A stretch of DNA of 64,000 nucleotides from NCBI GenBank assembly GCA_014729775.1, contig WJJJ01000013.1, positions 2,947 through 66,946 on the forward strand, read 5' to 3'. The notes under the pieces were generated by a model. The model did no database searches. It saw only the letters and a list, made by a program, of their open reading frames with translations, and was not told the origin of the DNA. A program made the position numbers and the translations under genes. The stretch comes from Candidatus Omnitrophota bacterium. Its GTDB lineage: Bacteria > Omnitrophota > Gorgyraeia > Duberdicusellales > 4484-171. Shown in pieces: positions 10,904 to 19,581 of this stretch (the first letter of the stretch is position 1; each line of letters opens with the position of its first letter).

Positions 10904-12278
10904 ATCTGTTGCGCCTAAAATGAAACTGCTGCTGGTAGATGACGACGAGGGAGTTTTGCGTCAGCTTAAGTGGGCGCTGGCTGAGGAATACGAGGTATAT
11001 ACCGCGGCCACCAAAGACGATGCCCTGCGGCTGCTGCGGGAGGGGCATCCGGAGCTGGTGACACTGGATATCGATTTGAGCGGACGTCCCACCTTTTCCA
11101 AGGACGGGATCGATATCCTGGAGGAAATAAAAGTGCAAGATCCTTATACCAAGGTGATCATGATCACGGGCAACGACGCCAAGGATCTGGCGATTGAATG
11201 TATCGGCAAGGGAGCGTTCGATTATTACGTCAAGCCTGTGAACGTCGACGATTTGAAAGTAATGCTGAAACGGGCGCAGTACATTCAGGAGCTGGAGCGG
11301 GAGAACCGGCGGCTGAGCCGGGAACTGCATGAATCGGCCCGGTTCGAAGAAATGATCGGTGATTCCGAAAAAATGCGTGAGGTGTTCTCTCTGATCCGGC
11401 GCGTCGCTCCGGCAGATGCGACCGTACTGATCACGGGGGAGAGCGGTACGGGGAAGGAGCTCGCGGCGCGGGCGATCCATTACTCCAGCGCGCGTAAAGA
11501 ACGTCCCTTTATCGTGATCAACTGCGGCGCGATCCCCGAAAATCTTCTGGAAAGTGAGCTCTTCGGCCATGAAAAAGGCTCATTCACCGATGCGCATGCC
11601 CGGCGGGTGGGGAAACTGGAAGTGGCCGGTAAAGGCACGGTGTTTCTGGATGAGATCGGCGAGATGAGTCTGAACCTTCAGGTGAAAATATTGAGATTCC
11701 TGCAGGAACGGGTGATCGAACGCGTCGGAGGCAACAAGCCGCTCGAACTCGACGTGCGGGTCATCGCCGCGACCAACAGCGATTTGACCAAAAAGATCAA
11801 GGAAGGAAAGTTCCGGGAAGATTTATATTACCGGTTAAGCGTGATCAATCTTCTTCTGCCGCCTCTGCGCGAACGCGGAGAGGACGTGCTGCTGCTGGCG
11901 AGTTTTTTCCTGCAGAAGTTTATGAAGGACGGCGCGGGCAAGGAACTTCGCGGGTTTACCAAAGAAGCGAAAGACAGACTGCGTACCTATCACTGGCCGG
12001 GGAATGTGCGGGAAATGGAAAATCGTATCCGGCGGGCGGTGATCCTGGCCGACAGTCCTTTGATTTCCCCCGCGCATCTGGGCTTCCATCCCGACTCCCG
12101 CGAAGAAGACAGGCTCAGTAAATTTTCGCTGAGGGATGTCCGCCAGCAGGCCGAGACAAAAGTGATCGTCCGGGCCCTGCAGGAATGCAGGGGGAATGTG
12201 AGTCTTGCCGCGAAAATGCTCGGGATCACCCGTCCTACTCTTTACGATCTCATCAAAAAATACGATATTGAACTGTGA
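10866..12278 (+). CDS. prsR: PEP-CTERM-box sigma54-dependent response regulator PrsR
   Basis: Receiver domain (LKWAL, VTLDI), [21 protein letters not shown], Fis-type [13 protein letters not shown]. Confidence 0.88.
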   Translation: MSKNEQEPQITAESVAPKMKLLLVDDDEGVLRQLKWALAEEYEVYTAATKDDALRLLREGHPELVTLDIDLSGRPTFSKDGIDILEEIKVQDPYTKVIMITGNDAKDLAIECIGKGAFDYYVKPVNVDDLKVMLKRAQYIQELERENRRLSRELHESARFEEMIGDSEKMREVFSLIRRVAPADATVLITGESGTGKELAARAIHYSSARKERPFIVINCGAIPENLLESELFGHEKGSFTDAHARRVGKLEVAGKGTVFLDEIGEMSLNLQVKILRFLQERVIERVGGNKPLELDVRVIAATNSDLTKKIKEGKFREDLYYRLSVINLLLPPLRERGEDVLLLASFFLQKFMKDGAGKELRGFTKEAKDRLRTYHWPGNVREMENRIRRAVILADSPLISPAHLGFHPDSREEDRLSKFSLRDVRQQAETKVIVRALQECRGNVSLAAKMLGITRPTLYDLIKKYDIEL

Positions 12279-12284
12279 ATGTTC

Positions 12285-12301
12285 TGTCGGGGATCTTTAC
12301 A
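12285..12301. promoter_or_regulatory. Enhancer site TGT-N11-ACA (putative PrsR box)
   Basis: TGTCGGGGATCTTTACA, about 85 bp upstream of a sigma54 promoter. Confidence 0.65.
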
Positions 12302-12382
12302 CAGCGACGAATAATTTAACAGCCCGCAGATCTTTTTCGGGATACCTTTCTTTCCAGCCTTGATATTTTTCTCCCGGGTGAA

Positions 12383-12399
12383 TTGGCATGACTTTTGCT
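12383..12399 (+). promoter_or_regulatory. sigma54 -24/-12 promoter
   Basis: TTGGCATGACTTTTGCT (GG-N10-GC). Confidence 0.85.
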
Positions 12400-12462
12400 A
12401 TTGCTTAATCGAAGATCCACGAATGAAAAGAACGATGACATATGAAGAGAATGGAGGGATTG

Positions 12463-13248
12463 ATGAAAACAATGAAAATACTGGTATTGAGTGTGCTCAT
12501 GACCGCGTTGACGGCCGGGTCTTCGTTTGCCTATTTGATTGACGGAGATCCCAGCGACTGGGGGATTACGCCCTTTACGGACTGGACTCCGGACAGCTGG
12601 ACCGCTGACTGGACGGAACAGGACAACTGGAATCCGCAGGAACCCGTGCAGGGGGCTGATTACGATTCCGATCCGTTTAACGAGCGGTGGGACCTGGAAG
12701 CGATGTATTTCGACGATGACGATGATTATTTTTATTTCGGCATCGTGACCTCGAATCCGTATGAACACAACTGGGCCAAAGAGGATCTGGCGATCGATCT
12801 GGACGGAGACGATTTCCCGGAATACGGGCTGGACGTAGCCAATCTGGAAGGCGATCAGCTGGAAATGAGAGGTGTCTATTCGGTCGAGGACTGGCGTGAA
12901 TTGCGCGACGTTCCCTACCGTATCGATGAGGGTGATCAGATCGGCCAGTACCAGATCTATCAGAAGTACCTCGGCGATATCGAGCCGGATCTCGGTCAGC
13001 CGGGCGGATACTACGGGCATACCTATTTTCTGGAGATGAAGGTGAACCGGGCGCTGTTCGGGAATATTCCCTGCGGTACGCCGATCAATATTTTGTTTTC
13101 GCGGGTGACCTGCTTGAAGGACTGGTTTATGGTCAACGGCTGTACCAACGGCAATTGTCCTCCGGGAGTCATTCCCGAACCGGCGACATTGTTCTTGCTG
13201 GGCGCAGGTCTTTTCGGCATAGCCGGATCCCGCCGCAGAAAAAAATAA
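12463..13248 (+). CDS. PEP-CTERM sorting-domain protein 1 (acidic)
   Basis: Signal peptide ending SFA; C-terminal VIPEPATLFLLGAGLFGIAGSRRRKK; GGAGG RBS before 12463. Confidence 0.9.
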   Translation: MKTMKILVLSVLMTALTAGSSFAYLIDGDPSDWGITPFTDWTPDSWTADWTEQDNWNPQEPVQGADYDSDPFNERWDLEAMYFDDDDDYFYFGIVTSNPYEHNWAKEDLAIDLDGDDFPEYGLDVANLEGDQLEMRGVYSVEDWRELRDVPYRIDEGDQIGQYQIYQKYLGDIEPDLGQPGGYYGHTYFLEMKVNRALFGNIPCGTPINILFSRVTCLKDWFMVNGCTNGNCPPGVIPEPATLFLLGAGLFGIAGSRRRKK

Positions 13249-13299
13249 CCGCATTCCTTGTAGTACCTTTCTTTACGGCAGGGTGTATTGAGTGATACA

Positions 13300-13333
13300 A
13301 CGCAGGGGTTCCCCACCCCTGCGTCTTCATTTT
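13300..13333 (+). terminator. Probable intrinsic terminator
   Basis: ACGCAGGGG-loop-CCCCTGCGT followed by CTTCATTTT. Confidence 0.55.
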
Positions 13334-13392
13334 CCCGGCCGGAATCCCTTGTGTGACTGCGTGAGAAAAGGCGGCGCGCGGCTCTTTTCCGG

Positions 13393-13427
13393 TGTCGGTT
13401 TTTTTTACGATGTCACGCAATTTTACA
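13393..13427. promoter_or_regulatory. Tandem enhancer sites (TGT-N11-ACG plus TGT-N11-ACA)
   Basis: TGTCGGTTTTTTTTACG at 13393 and TGTCACGCAATTTTACA at 13411, starts 18 bp apart. Confidence 0.65.
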
Positions 13428-13513
13428 GTCATTCCGCCAGGGGGAGGATTCCGAGGCAAGAAGATTGAGGGGATTCTCTTTCCTTAGGGGGGGCGGGGGT
13501 AAAAAAGTCAATT

Positions 13514-13530
13514 TTGGCATGGATGTTGCT
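13514..13530 (+). promoter_or_regulatory. sigma54 -24/-12 promoter
   Basis: TTGGCATGGATGTTGCT. Confidence 0.85.
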
Positions 13531-13589
13531 ACAGACTTATAAAGACTAATCATAAGAGAATGGCGGTTGAGGGAAAAGGAGGCATAATT

Positions 13590-14336
13590 ATGAAGAAGGT
13601 AGTGAGTTTGGTGTGCGCGGTACTCGTAGGGATGATGGTTCAGGGGGTGGCTGAAGCATACACGACTTCGCTCACATTCAGCGGGAGCGCGCTATATGAC
13701 CTGGAGAATCCCGTATATTTTACGGAAGAGATGGTGCCGGATGCTGATACCCGGGAATTTTTGAACGGAGAAGATCCGTTTACCGGCGTGGGCGTAATAG
13801 ATTATACGATTGATTGGGATCTGCCGGAGTGGGATGAGCCGCGGTATTGGTCGGTTGATGCCAGCGCGAGTCTCTACGGTGAATACGTCGACGGCAGCGG
13901 AACGCATCATCCGGACATGGATCTGCATTGGTCCTCCGGCACGGCGTATATGGGACATTTTTCCCTGCAGACTTTGTTCGGGGGAATGACCGAAGATCAG
14001 GTAGTGAATCAAATCGTGGCAATGCTGGATCCGTATTACAGCGGAGATCTCGGCGGATACGCCGTACTCGAAGAGGGATTGGGCGGCATCGCGTTGGTCG
14101 GTGACTTGAATGCCGGGACGATTTACCTCGGTACCCTTGAGGATATTGACAGCGTACTGTTTCAGTTGAACGAAGATTATGACGGTTCCATGGACGTGAC
14201 CTCCGCGGATGTGACGTTCAGCGGTCAGGTGAACGCGACTGCCGCGGCTACGCCGGAACCGACGACCGTCTTCATGCTGTTGTCCGGATTGTGCGGACTG
14301 GCCGGGGTCGGTTTTAAAAAGAAACAGAAGGAGTGA
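13590..14336 (+). CDS. PEP-CTERM sorting-domain protein 2
   Basis: AAAGGAGG RBS; signal peptide ending AEA; ATPEPTTVFMLLSGLCGLAGVGFKKK. Confidence 0.9.
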   Translation: MKKVVSLVCAVLVGMMVQGVAEAYTTSLTFSGSALYDLENPVYFTEEMVPDADTREFLNGEDPFTGVGVIDYTIDWDLPEWDEPRYWSVDASASLYGEYVDGSGTHHPDMDLHWSSGTAYMGHFSLQTLFGGMTEDQVVNQIVAMLDPYYSGDLGGYAVLEEGLGGIALVGDLNAGTIYLGTLEDIDSVLFQLNEDYDGSMDVTSADVTFSGQVNATAAATPEPTTVFMLLSGLCGLAGVGFKKKQKE

Positions 14337-14341
14337 GAGCG

Positions 14342-15010
14342 GTGAGGAAGACTGTATTATTTTTGATCGGCGCATTAGTGATATCTTTTCCGGCGTACGC
14401 GATTACCTGGCTGACGCCCAATCTGGTGGTGAATCCGGGCGCGGAGACTGGTGATACCTCCGGCTGGGAAGTGTACGGTCCGGCGTACGCGACGACCAGC
14501 CAGTCCCAGAGTACCGGGACGGTCCTGCCTCATTCCGGCGATTATTTCTTTTCCTATGCGCAGAACGCGGCTTCGGATGCGGTTTTAGTCCAGTACGCGG
14601 ATGTGTCGACTTTTGCCGGTTTGATTGATTCCGGCCAGGCATATGTGCAGGCTGGGTTTTGGTACCAAACTGAAGAATATCAAGGTTCGAGCGATGAGGC
14701 GTTCGGTTCGCTGGGTTTTTTTGAAGGGGACAGCAGCGATATGCCGTTTGACGTGCTCACATCCGATCCGCTGGTGTCATCGAGTTGGGCGTACACGGAG
14801 GTGATGGAGTTGATCCCTGCCGGTACCCGGACTATAGGATTGGCAATGATTGGAGAGCTTGAGTCCGGCTCGTACGTGAACGCGTTCTTTGACGACGCGC
14901 AGCTGCGGGTCGGCACTGAAACCGTTATTCCCGAACCGGCAACCCTGCTGCTGCTTGGTAGCGGCCTGCTGGGGCTGGGCGGGACGCGGCTGCGGCGCAG
15001 AAAAAGATAA
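14342..15010 (+). CDS. PEP-CTERM sorting-domain protein 3 (carbohydrate-binding-like beta-sandwich)
   Basis: Signal ending AYA; NLVVNPGAETGDTSGW; VIPEPATLLLLGSGLLGLGGTRLRRRKR. The start could be GTG 14333. Confidence 0.88.
   Translation: MRKTVLFLIGALVISFPAYAITWLTPNLVVNPGAETGDTSGWEVYGPAYATTSQSQSTGTVLPHSGDYFFSYAQNAASDAVLVQYADVSTFAGLIDSGQAYVQAGFWYQTEEYQGSSDEAFGSLGFFEGDSSDMPFDVLTSDPLVSSSWAYTEVMELIPAGTRTIGLAMIGELESGSYVNAFFDDAQLRVGTETVIPEPATLLLLGSGLLGLGGTRLRRRKR
14927..15004 (+). repeat. 78-bp direct repeat encoding the PEP-CTERM tail, copy 1
   Basis: 77/78 identical to 15700-15777. Confidence 0.9.
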
Positions 15011-15066
15011 ACTGTCTGTAGTGCGTTCAGTGAGGAGTGACATTTTTTGAGGAGAGAGGAGTTGGC

Positions 15067-15780
15067 ATGAAGAAGTATGTGTGTCTTGTTTCGTTGTTAA
15101 TGCTGATGATGTACACCCCGGGTGCGTACGCGCTCGTGACCAATATTTCGCTTGATCCGGTTGATTGGGAAGTGGTGCCCGGATCTCAGACGATTAATTC
15201 CTCTCTAAGTAATCCGTCGCCGGATATGCTGCGGATCCAGAAAAGTTCCGCAAATCCAGGCAGCGGGCTGGGCGCATTCTATCAGACGACAGATAGGTAC
15301 GATTTCACTGACGCGATACTCCAGTACCAATGGCGATTCAACGGCCAGGGATCTTATGGGAACGTGTCGATCGGGCCTCGCCCATGGCCGGAAGGTTCAG
15401 GGGTCGGCGGCCGCTTTACCAGCGGCTGGTCTTTTGCGGGGAGTACGCTCATCACTTCCAATCAGTGGTATTATACTCAGTTGATTATTCATGACGATTT
15501 ATCCTATAGTTACGATATCAGCGCGTTGGGATACGGAGAAGGCGGTTTTGTGTCATCGACCGGGTCGCTTTCTTCTGCCCAGTACGATTCTCTTCAGGAC
15601 GGGATCTTTCGCGTGAACATATTTGACAACTGGGCGGCGAATCAATACGTGGATATCACCGATGCGACAATCGAAAGCGAGGGCGGTCCGCAGGGCCCGA
15701 TTCCCGAACCGGCAACCCTGCTGCTGCTTGGTAGCGGCCTGCTGGGGCTGGGCGGGAAGCGGCTGCGGCGCAGAAAATGA
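15067..15780 (+). CDS. PEP-CTERM sorting-domain protein 4
   Basis: GAGGAG RBS; signal ending AYA; PIPEPATLLLLGSGLLGLGGKRLRRRK. Confidence 0.9.
   Translation: MKKYVCLVSLLMLMMYTPGAYALVTNISLDPVDWEVVPGSQTINSSLSNPSPDMLRIQKSSANPGSGLGAFYQTTDRYDFTDAILQYQWRFNGQGSYGNVSIGPRPWPEGSGVGGRFTSGWSFAGSTLITSNQWYYTQLIIHDDLSYSYDISALGYGEGGFVSSTGSLSSAQYDSLQDGIFRVNIFDNWAANQYVDITDATIESEGGPQGPIPEPATLLLLGSGLLGLGGKRLRRRK
15700..15777 (+). repeat. 78-bp direct repeat encoding the PEP-CTERM tail, copy 2
   Basis: 77/78 identical to 14927-15004. Confidence 0.9.
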
Positions 15781-15808
15781 CATTTGAGGCAAAAGGAAAG
15801 GATTTCGC

Positions 15809-16447
15809 ATGAAAGTTCTTATTTTAATCGCACTCACCGTGGGGATTATGTGTACTTCCGGTCAGGCGGCCGAAGCATTGATGATCCCTGAAGTTGAACC
15901 GAACGATTCATTCGCGGATGCAATGAATCTGGATCCCTATTTTTCCGTCGGGGCCAATTCCGATATCGTTGATTCGGCAACCGTGCCCTGGGTTTCAGTG
16001 AGCGGGACCGGGAACGATACTTACGATTACTATTCGTTCACCGTTCCCTTCGCCGGGTCGCAGGGGATTTTTGAAATTGACTATGGGTATGGGGTCGGCG
16101 GAAGTATTGATCCGATACTCCTGCTCTACGCGTCGCCGTACAACCAGCTTGACGGTGACGACGATTCCAATCCGGCATGGGGTGCCGGCGGCAGTACCTC
16201 CTGGTTGGATTCGTATTTACCGCATGGCGGCGGGTGGTATACCTTTCATTCTCCCGGGCTGTATTATCTGCGGGTGAGTGAATGGTCGAGAGGACCGGTG
16301 CGTCCCGGCGGAACGTATACCCTGCAGGCATCAGTGAGCGGGCATAGCACGGATACGGTGATCCCCGAGCCGGCGACCCTGCTGCTGTTGGGCAGCGGCT
16401 TGCTCGGCGTGGGCGGATTCAAGCTTCGCCGCAGGAAAACAGCGTAA
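15809..16447 (+). CDS. PEP-CTERM sorting-domain protein 5 (PPC/DVUA0089-like domain)
   Basis: EVEPNDSF, DYYSF, DPILLLY, DDDS, GLYYLRV, GTYTL; VIPEPATLLLLGSGLLGVGGFKLRRRK. Confidence 0.88.
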   Translation: MKVLILIALTVGIMCTSGQAAEALMIPEVEPNDSFADAMNLDPYFSVGANSDIVDSATVPWVSVSGTGNDTYDYYSFTVPFAGSQGIFEIDYGYGVGGSIDPILLLYASPYNQLDGDDDSNPAWGAGGSTSWLDSYLPHGGGWYTFHSPGLYYLRVSEWSRGPVRPGGTYTLQASVSGHSTDTVIPEPATLLLLGSGLLGVGGFKLRRRKTA

Positions 16448-16448
16448 G

Positions 16449-16483
16449 TGTCGGTATCTTTGACAAAGTCGGATATGTTAACA
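16449..16483. promoter_or_regulatory. Tandem enhancer sites (TGT-N11-ACA plus AGT-N11-ACA)
   Basis: TGTCGGTATCTTTGACA at 16449 and AGTCGGATATGTTAACA at 16467, starts 18 bp apart. Confidence 0.65.
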
Positions 16484-16590
16484 ACGCTTTCGGCGAAAGA
16501 GAGAGGCGAGAGCCTTACAGAGGGAGTTATGACCAGAAATAAGGCAAAATCAGGCCGAAAGAGAAGTTTTTTTGCATTGACGGCTACTTT

Positions 16591-16607
16591 TTGGCACAGG
16601 AATTGCT
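16591..16607 (+). promoter_or_regulatory. sigma54 -24/-12 promoter
   Basis: TTGGCACAGGAATTGCT. Confidence 0.88.
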
Positions 16608-16681
16608 TTAATATCAGGTGGAACGTGGGAACACAAATGAATAGCTTGAAACGGAAGAGAGCAGAACAAGGAGGAATAGCG

Positions 16682-17575
16682 ATGAAAAGAGTTTTAGGAG
16701 TAGCAGCATTGGGGATTTTACTTACGGTGTGCGGCAACGCGTTTGCGTTTCACGCCAGTAACATTCAGTTTGATCTGACGCCGGCCGGTATTACCGGGAC
16801 CACTCCTGACGGTGATAATGTAACCGGTTTTTTCAATCAGTTGCAGACATATATGCAGACGTCATCTTACGTGACGGATAACGGAGACGGGTTGCCGTCT
16901 GTAGGAGATACGTTTGTGGATGTGGGTGATTTGAATGTGACCGCGTTGCTTGGTGGCGGGTCACTGTTGGATACCGAAGGGTTGAACACGCCGACGCTCG
17001 GGTATGAAATTACCGGTCGCTGGGATGATTTGACCGGCGGAATCGTGGATGCGTCGGTATCCGGTGGGGGAACAACGACCCTTTTGTATGATTACACCGG
17101 CGGAACGCTGAATATGTACGCGGACCAGCCGCCCAACCAGACTTACAACAGCGGTATTGGCTCCAACGATGACAATCCGGCAACGTTCACCGACGGGTCG
17201 TTGATCGGTACCCTTCAGCTTGTGAGCGGAAGCGGTTCGTTGATTGTTGACGCGGCCGGCAATCCTATTCAGGGCGCGACTACCCTTTCCTGGAGATTTA
17301 CCAATATGCTTCCCGGGTTTTGGCTGGATGCGGCCGGTAATGATCTGAGCACTTACGTGTTTACTGTAGGTTGGGAAGTACAGGCGCTGTCCGGCTCGGA
17401 TACTCATGGGGAGACGTTGATTCTTACCGATAACGGTGACGGTACCTATCGTGTTGACTCAGATCATGACGGTTCCGTAAGTGTGGGCGTGATTCCGGAA
17501 CCGGCGTCTCTGCTTCTTTTGGGCGGCGGATTGTTTGGGTTAGCCGGCATTGGTATTCGCAAGAAAAAGAAATAA
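16682..17575 (+). CDS. PEP-CTERM protein 6, possibly flocculation-associated PepA-like
   Basis: AAGGAGG RBS; signal ending AFA; Thr/Gly/Asp-rich with YEITG, GGTLNMYAD, FTDG; VIPEPASLLLLGGGLFGLAGIGIRKKKK. Has its own promoter and terminator. The PepA resemblance is from memory. Confidence 0.88.
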   Translation: MKRVLGVAALGILLTVCGNAFAFHASNIQFDLTPAGITGTTPDGDNVTGFFNQLQTYMQTSSYVTDNGDGLPSVGDTFVDVGDLNVTALLGGGSLLDTEGLNTPTLGYEITGRWDDLTGGIVDASVSGGGTTTLLYDYTGGTLNMYADQPPNQTYNSGIGSNDDNPATFTDGSLIGTLQLVSGSGSLIVDAAGNPIQGATTLSWRFTNMLPGFWLDAAGNDLSTYVFTVGWEVQALSGSDTHGETLILTDNGDGTYRVDSDHDGSVSVGVIPEPASLLLLGGGLFGLAGIGIRKKKK

Positions 17576-17602
17576 ACCTTTTGGCGGATTGTACAAGGTT
17601 CA

Positions 17603-17640
17603 AAAGAGGCAGGGATAATTCCCTGCCTCTTTCTTTTTTT
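17603..17640 (+). terminator. Intrinsic terminator
   Basis: AAAGAGGCAGGGA-TAAT-TCCCTGCCTCTTT then CTTTTTTT. Confidence 0.85.
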
Positions 17641-17651
17641 AGACCGTAATC

Positions 17652-18512
17652 ATGAAAAAAGCCGTATCTATCCTACTTGCCGGGATTTTGACCGCCTCCG
17701 GTATCTCTTCTGCTTCGGCGGCGGTGGTGTATCTGTCCTCAACACGTCAGATTGATCTCGGCGGGGTGACTTCGGAAATGTATCAGGTGCTGAAGTATGA
17801 TACTTTCAGCGGCGAAGCCTCGCTGTTTTTCGATGAATTCGATCCGCTCAATGTCCTGACCGGAAGAGATAAGCAGATCGACGCTCTGCACGTACTCGAT
17901 GAGGATAATATTATCCTTTCTACCACCCGTGATGTGCGCTTCAGCGAAGAGGAGGACGAGCCGTGGTTTAAGGACGGCGATGTGTTTAGATACACCTTTT
18001 CTACCGGGACGGCGGTCCTGCTGTTCAGCCAGGAGCATTTCACCGATGCCCGGGAAGATATCAATGCGTTGCAGTATATTGACGAGGACACGCTGTTACT
18101 GTCCGTGCGGGGCAATGCTGAGCTCGGCGGCTTATCTTTTCGCGACGGTGACGTGGTGCGCTATACTCTTTCCACCGATACTGCCGAATTGTTTTTCAAC
18201 GAAGACAGTTTTTTGGGCAACGAGGACATTGACGCGTTCTCTATGATAGACGAACAGAACATCCTGTTATCCACGCAGGCAAGCGCGACGCTCGGTGATC
18301 TTGTGTTCCGGGACGGAGACATTATCCAGTATAACTTGATCACGGGACAGGCGAGTCTGTTCTTAAGCGAAGATTTGATATCTTCGCCGGTGGATGTCGA
18401 CATTGACGCCTTTCACTTCGTGGCCGGTACCCCGGTGATCCCCGAACCGGCGACATTTCTGTTGTTCCTTTTCGGTCTTTTTCCCCTTTTCCGCTGCCGT
18501 TGCCGCGGGTAA
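17652..18512 (+). CDS. PEP-CTERM protein 7 with ~55-aa internal repeats
   Basis: Three repeats of IDAL...DE..ILLS...F.DGD...Y...T..A.L.F; VIPEPATFLLFLFGLFPLFRCRCRG. Confidence 0.85.
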   Translation: MKKAVSILLAGILTASGISSASAAVVYLSSTRQIDLGGVTSEMYQVLKYDTFSGEASLFFDEFDPLNVLTGRDKQIDALHVLDEDNIILSTTRDVRFSEEEDEPWFKDGDVFRYTFSTGTAVLLFSQEHFTDAREDINALQYIDEDTLLLSVRGNAELGGLSFRDGDVVRYTLSTDTAELFFNEDSFLGNEDIDAFSMIDEQNILLSTQASATLGDLVFRDGDIIQYNLITGQASLFLSEDLISSPVDVDIDAFHFVAGTPVIPEPATFLLFLFGLFPLFRCRCRG

Positions 18513-18583
18513 CCATCCCGTTCTACTTATTTCCCAATCTCGACTTCCCCCGTACCCTTTCTCCTGCCCGCTTCTTACCCACT

Positions 18584-18682
18584 GTTAACTTCGTAGGTTA
18601 ACCGCATAGCCAAAAAAGCATTGATTCTGTTGACTTTGGTTAACTTCGTAGGTTAACACGGGGGGAGGTTAACACGGGGGGG
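18584..18682. repeat. REP-like palindromes upstream of RAYT
   Basis: GTTAACTTCGTAGGTTAAC at 18584 and 18639, plus a half copy AGGTTAACACGGGGG at 18666. Confidence 0.75.
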
Positions 18683-18757
18683 CGGATGTGGGTGAGCGGA
18701 GGAGGGGTGACGAAGAGTTGACAGAGGGCGAAAAAAGAGAGATTATAACGAGAGGAG

Positions 18758-19468
18758 GTGAGGATGAAGCTGAGAATTGAGGACGGCGGCGTGTATCATA
18801 TATTTAATCGGAGCATCGCCAATTTTGTTATTTTTCATACGGAGAGCGATTATAGAAGGATTATCTGCGCTTTTTCTTTTTTTCAATGGAGAGATCTTCC
18901 CTGTAGTTTCAACCGGCTTCTGAAACGGATTGAAACGGGTCAGCTCACAGAAAAGGACATTTTAAAAAAACAGATTCGATTACCGCGCACTCAAATCATC
19001 GCCTATTGCCTCATGCCGACTCATTTGCATATGATTTTAACACAGATAACTGCTGACGGAATAGCTCAGTATATGAAAAACGTACAGAACAGCTATACAC
19101 GCTATTTCAATACCAAGTACCACAGAAAAGGGCCCTTATGGGAAAGTCGGTATAAAAAAGTTCGGGTTACTACTGACAACCAGTTGCTGCATTTGACCCG
19201 TTACCTGCATTTAAATCCGGTCACGGCTCATCTGGTTGACGATCCGGAGCAATGGCCGTATTCTTCGTATCATGAGTACCTCAACCGTATTCCTGCAGAC
19301 GAGAGGATCTGCGGGTACGAAGATGTATTGGAAGTCAAACCTCGATCTTACCAGAAATTCGTAAGAGAACGCATTCATGATCAACGGGATATTGCCGCGC
19401 TCAAGAAATTTCATTTGGAAGATTGCGGCGATCATTTGTATGCAAAAATACCTTCTGTTCAATCTTGA
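18758..19468 (+). CDS. REP-associated tyrosine transposase (RAYT, Y1 HUH / IS200-like)
   Basis: YHIFNR, AYCLMPTHLH (HUH), GPLWESRY, RYLHLNPV, WPYSSY; visibly more AT-rich than neighbours. Confidence 0.9.
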   Translation: MRMKLRIEDGGVYHIFNRSIANFVIFHTESDYRRIICAFSFFQWRDLPCSFNRLLKRIETGQLTEKDILKKQIRLPRTQIIAYCLMPTHLHMILTQITADGIAQYMKNVQNSYTRYFNTKYHRKGPLWESRYKKVRVTTDNQLLHLTRYLHLNPVTAHLVDDPEQWPYSSYHEYLNRIPADERICGYEDVLEVKPRSYQKFVRERIHDQRDIAALKKFHLEDCGDHLYAKIPSVQS

Positions 19469-19581
19469 ATCCAGAGGCATTCGGAAAAGATCTGTGTGTG
19501 TAGGAGCACACACCCTGTGAGCCTCTGAGGGTAACGCGGTGAGTGCTTGCAAATCCGGCGCGTTTCGATTATGATAAGGAC

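Noticed and set aside
16448-16681. N-terminal extension of PEP-CTERM protein 6
   Set aside because: The region holds the enhancers, sigma54 promoter and RBS; the signal peptide starts at 16682.
18584-18657. Two 19-bp repeats with a 36-bp spacer as a mini CRISPR array
   Set aside because: Only two short repeats, no cas genes, and adjacency to a RAYT explains them as REPs.
18758-19468. IS200/IS605 element with TnpB
   Set aside because: No tnpB; the length and the NPV...WPYSSY C-terminus fit RAYT.
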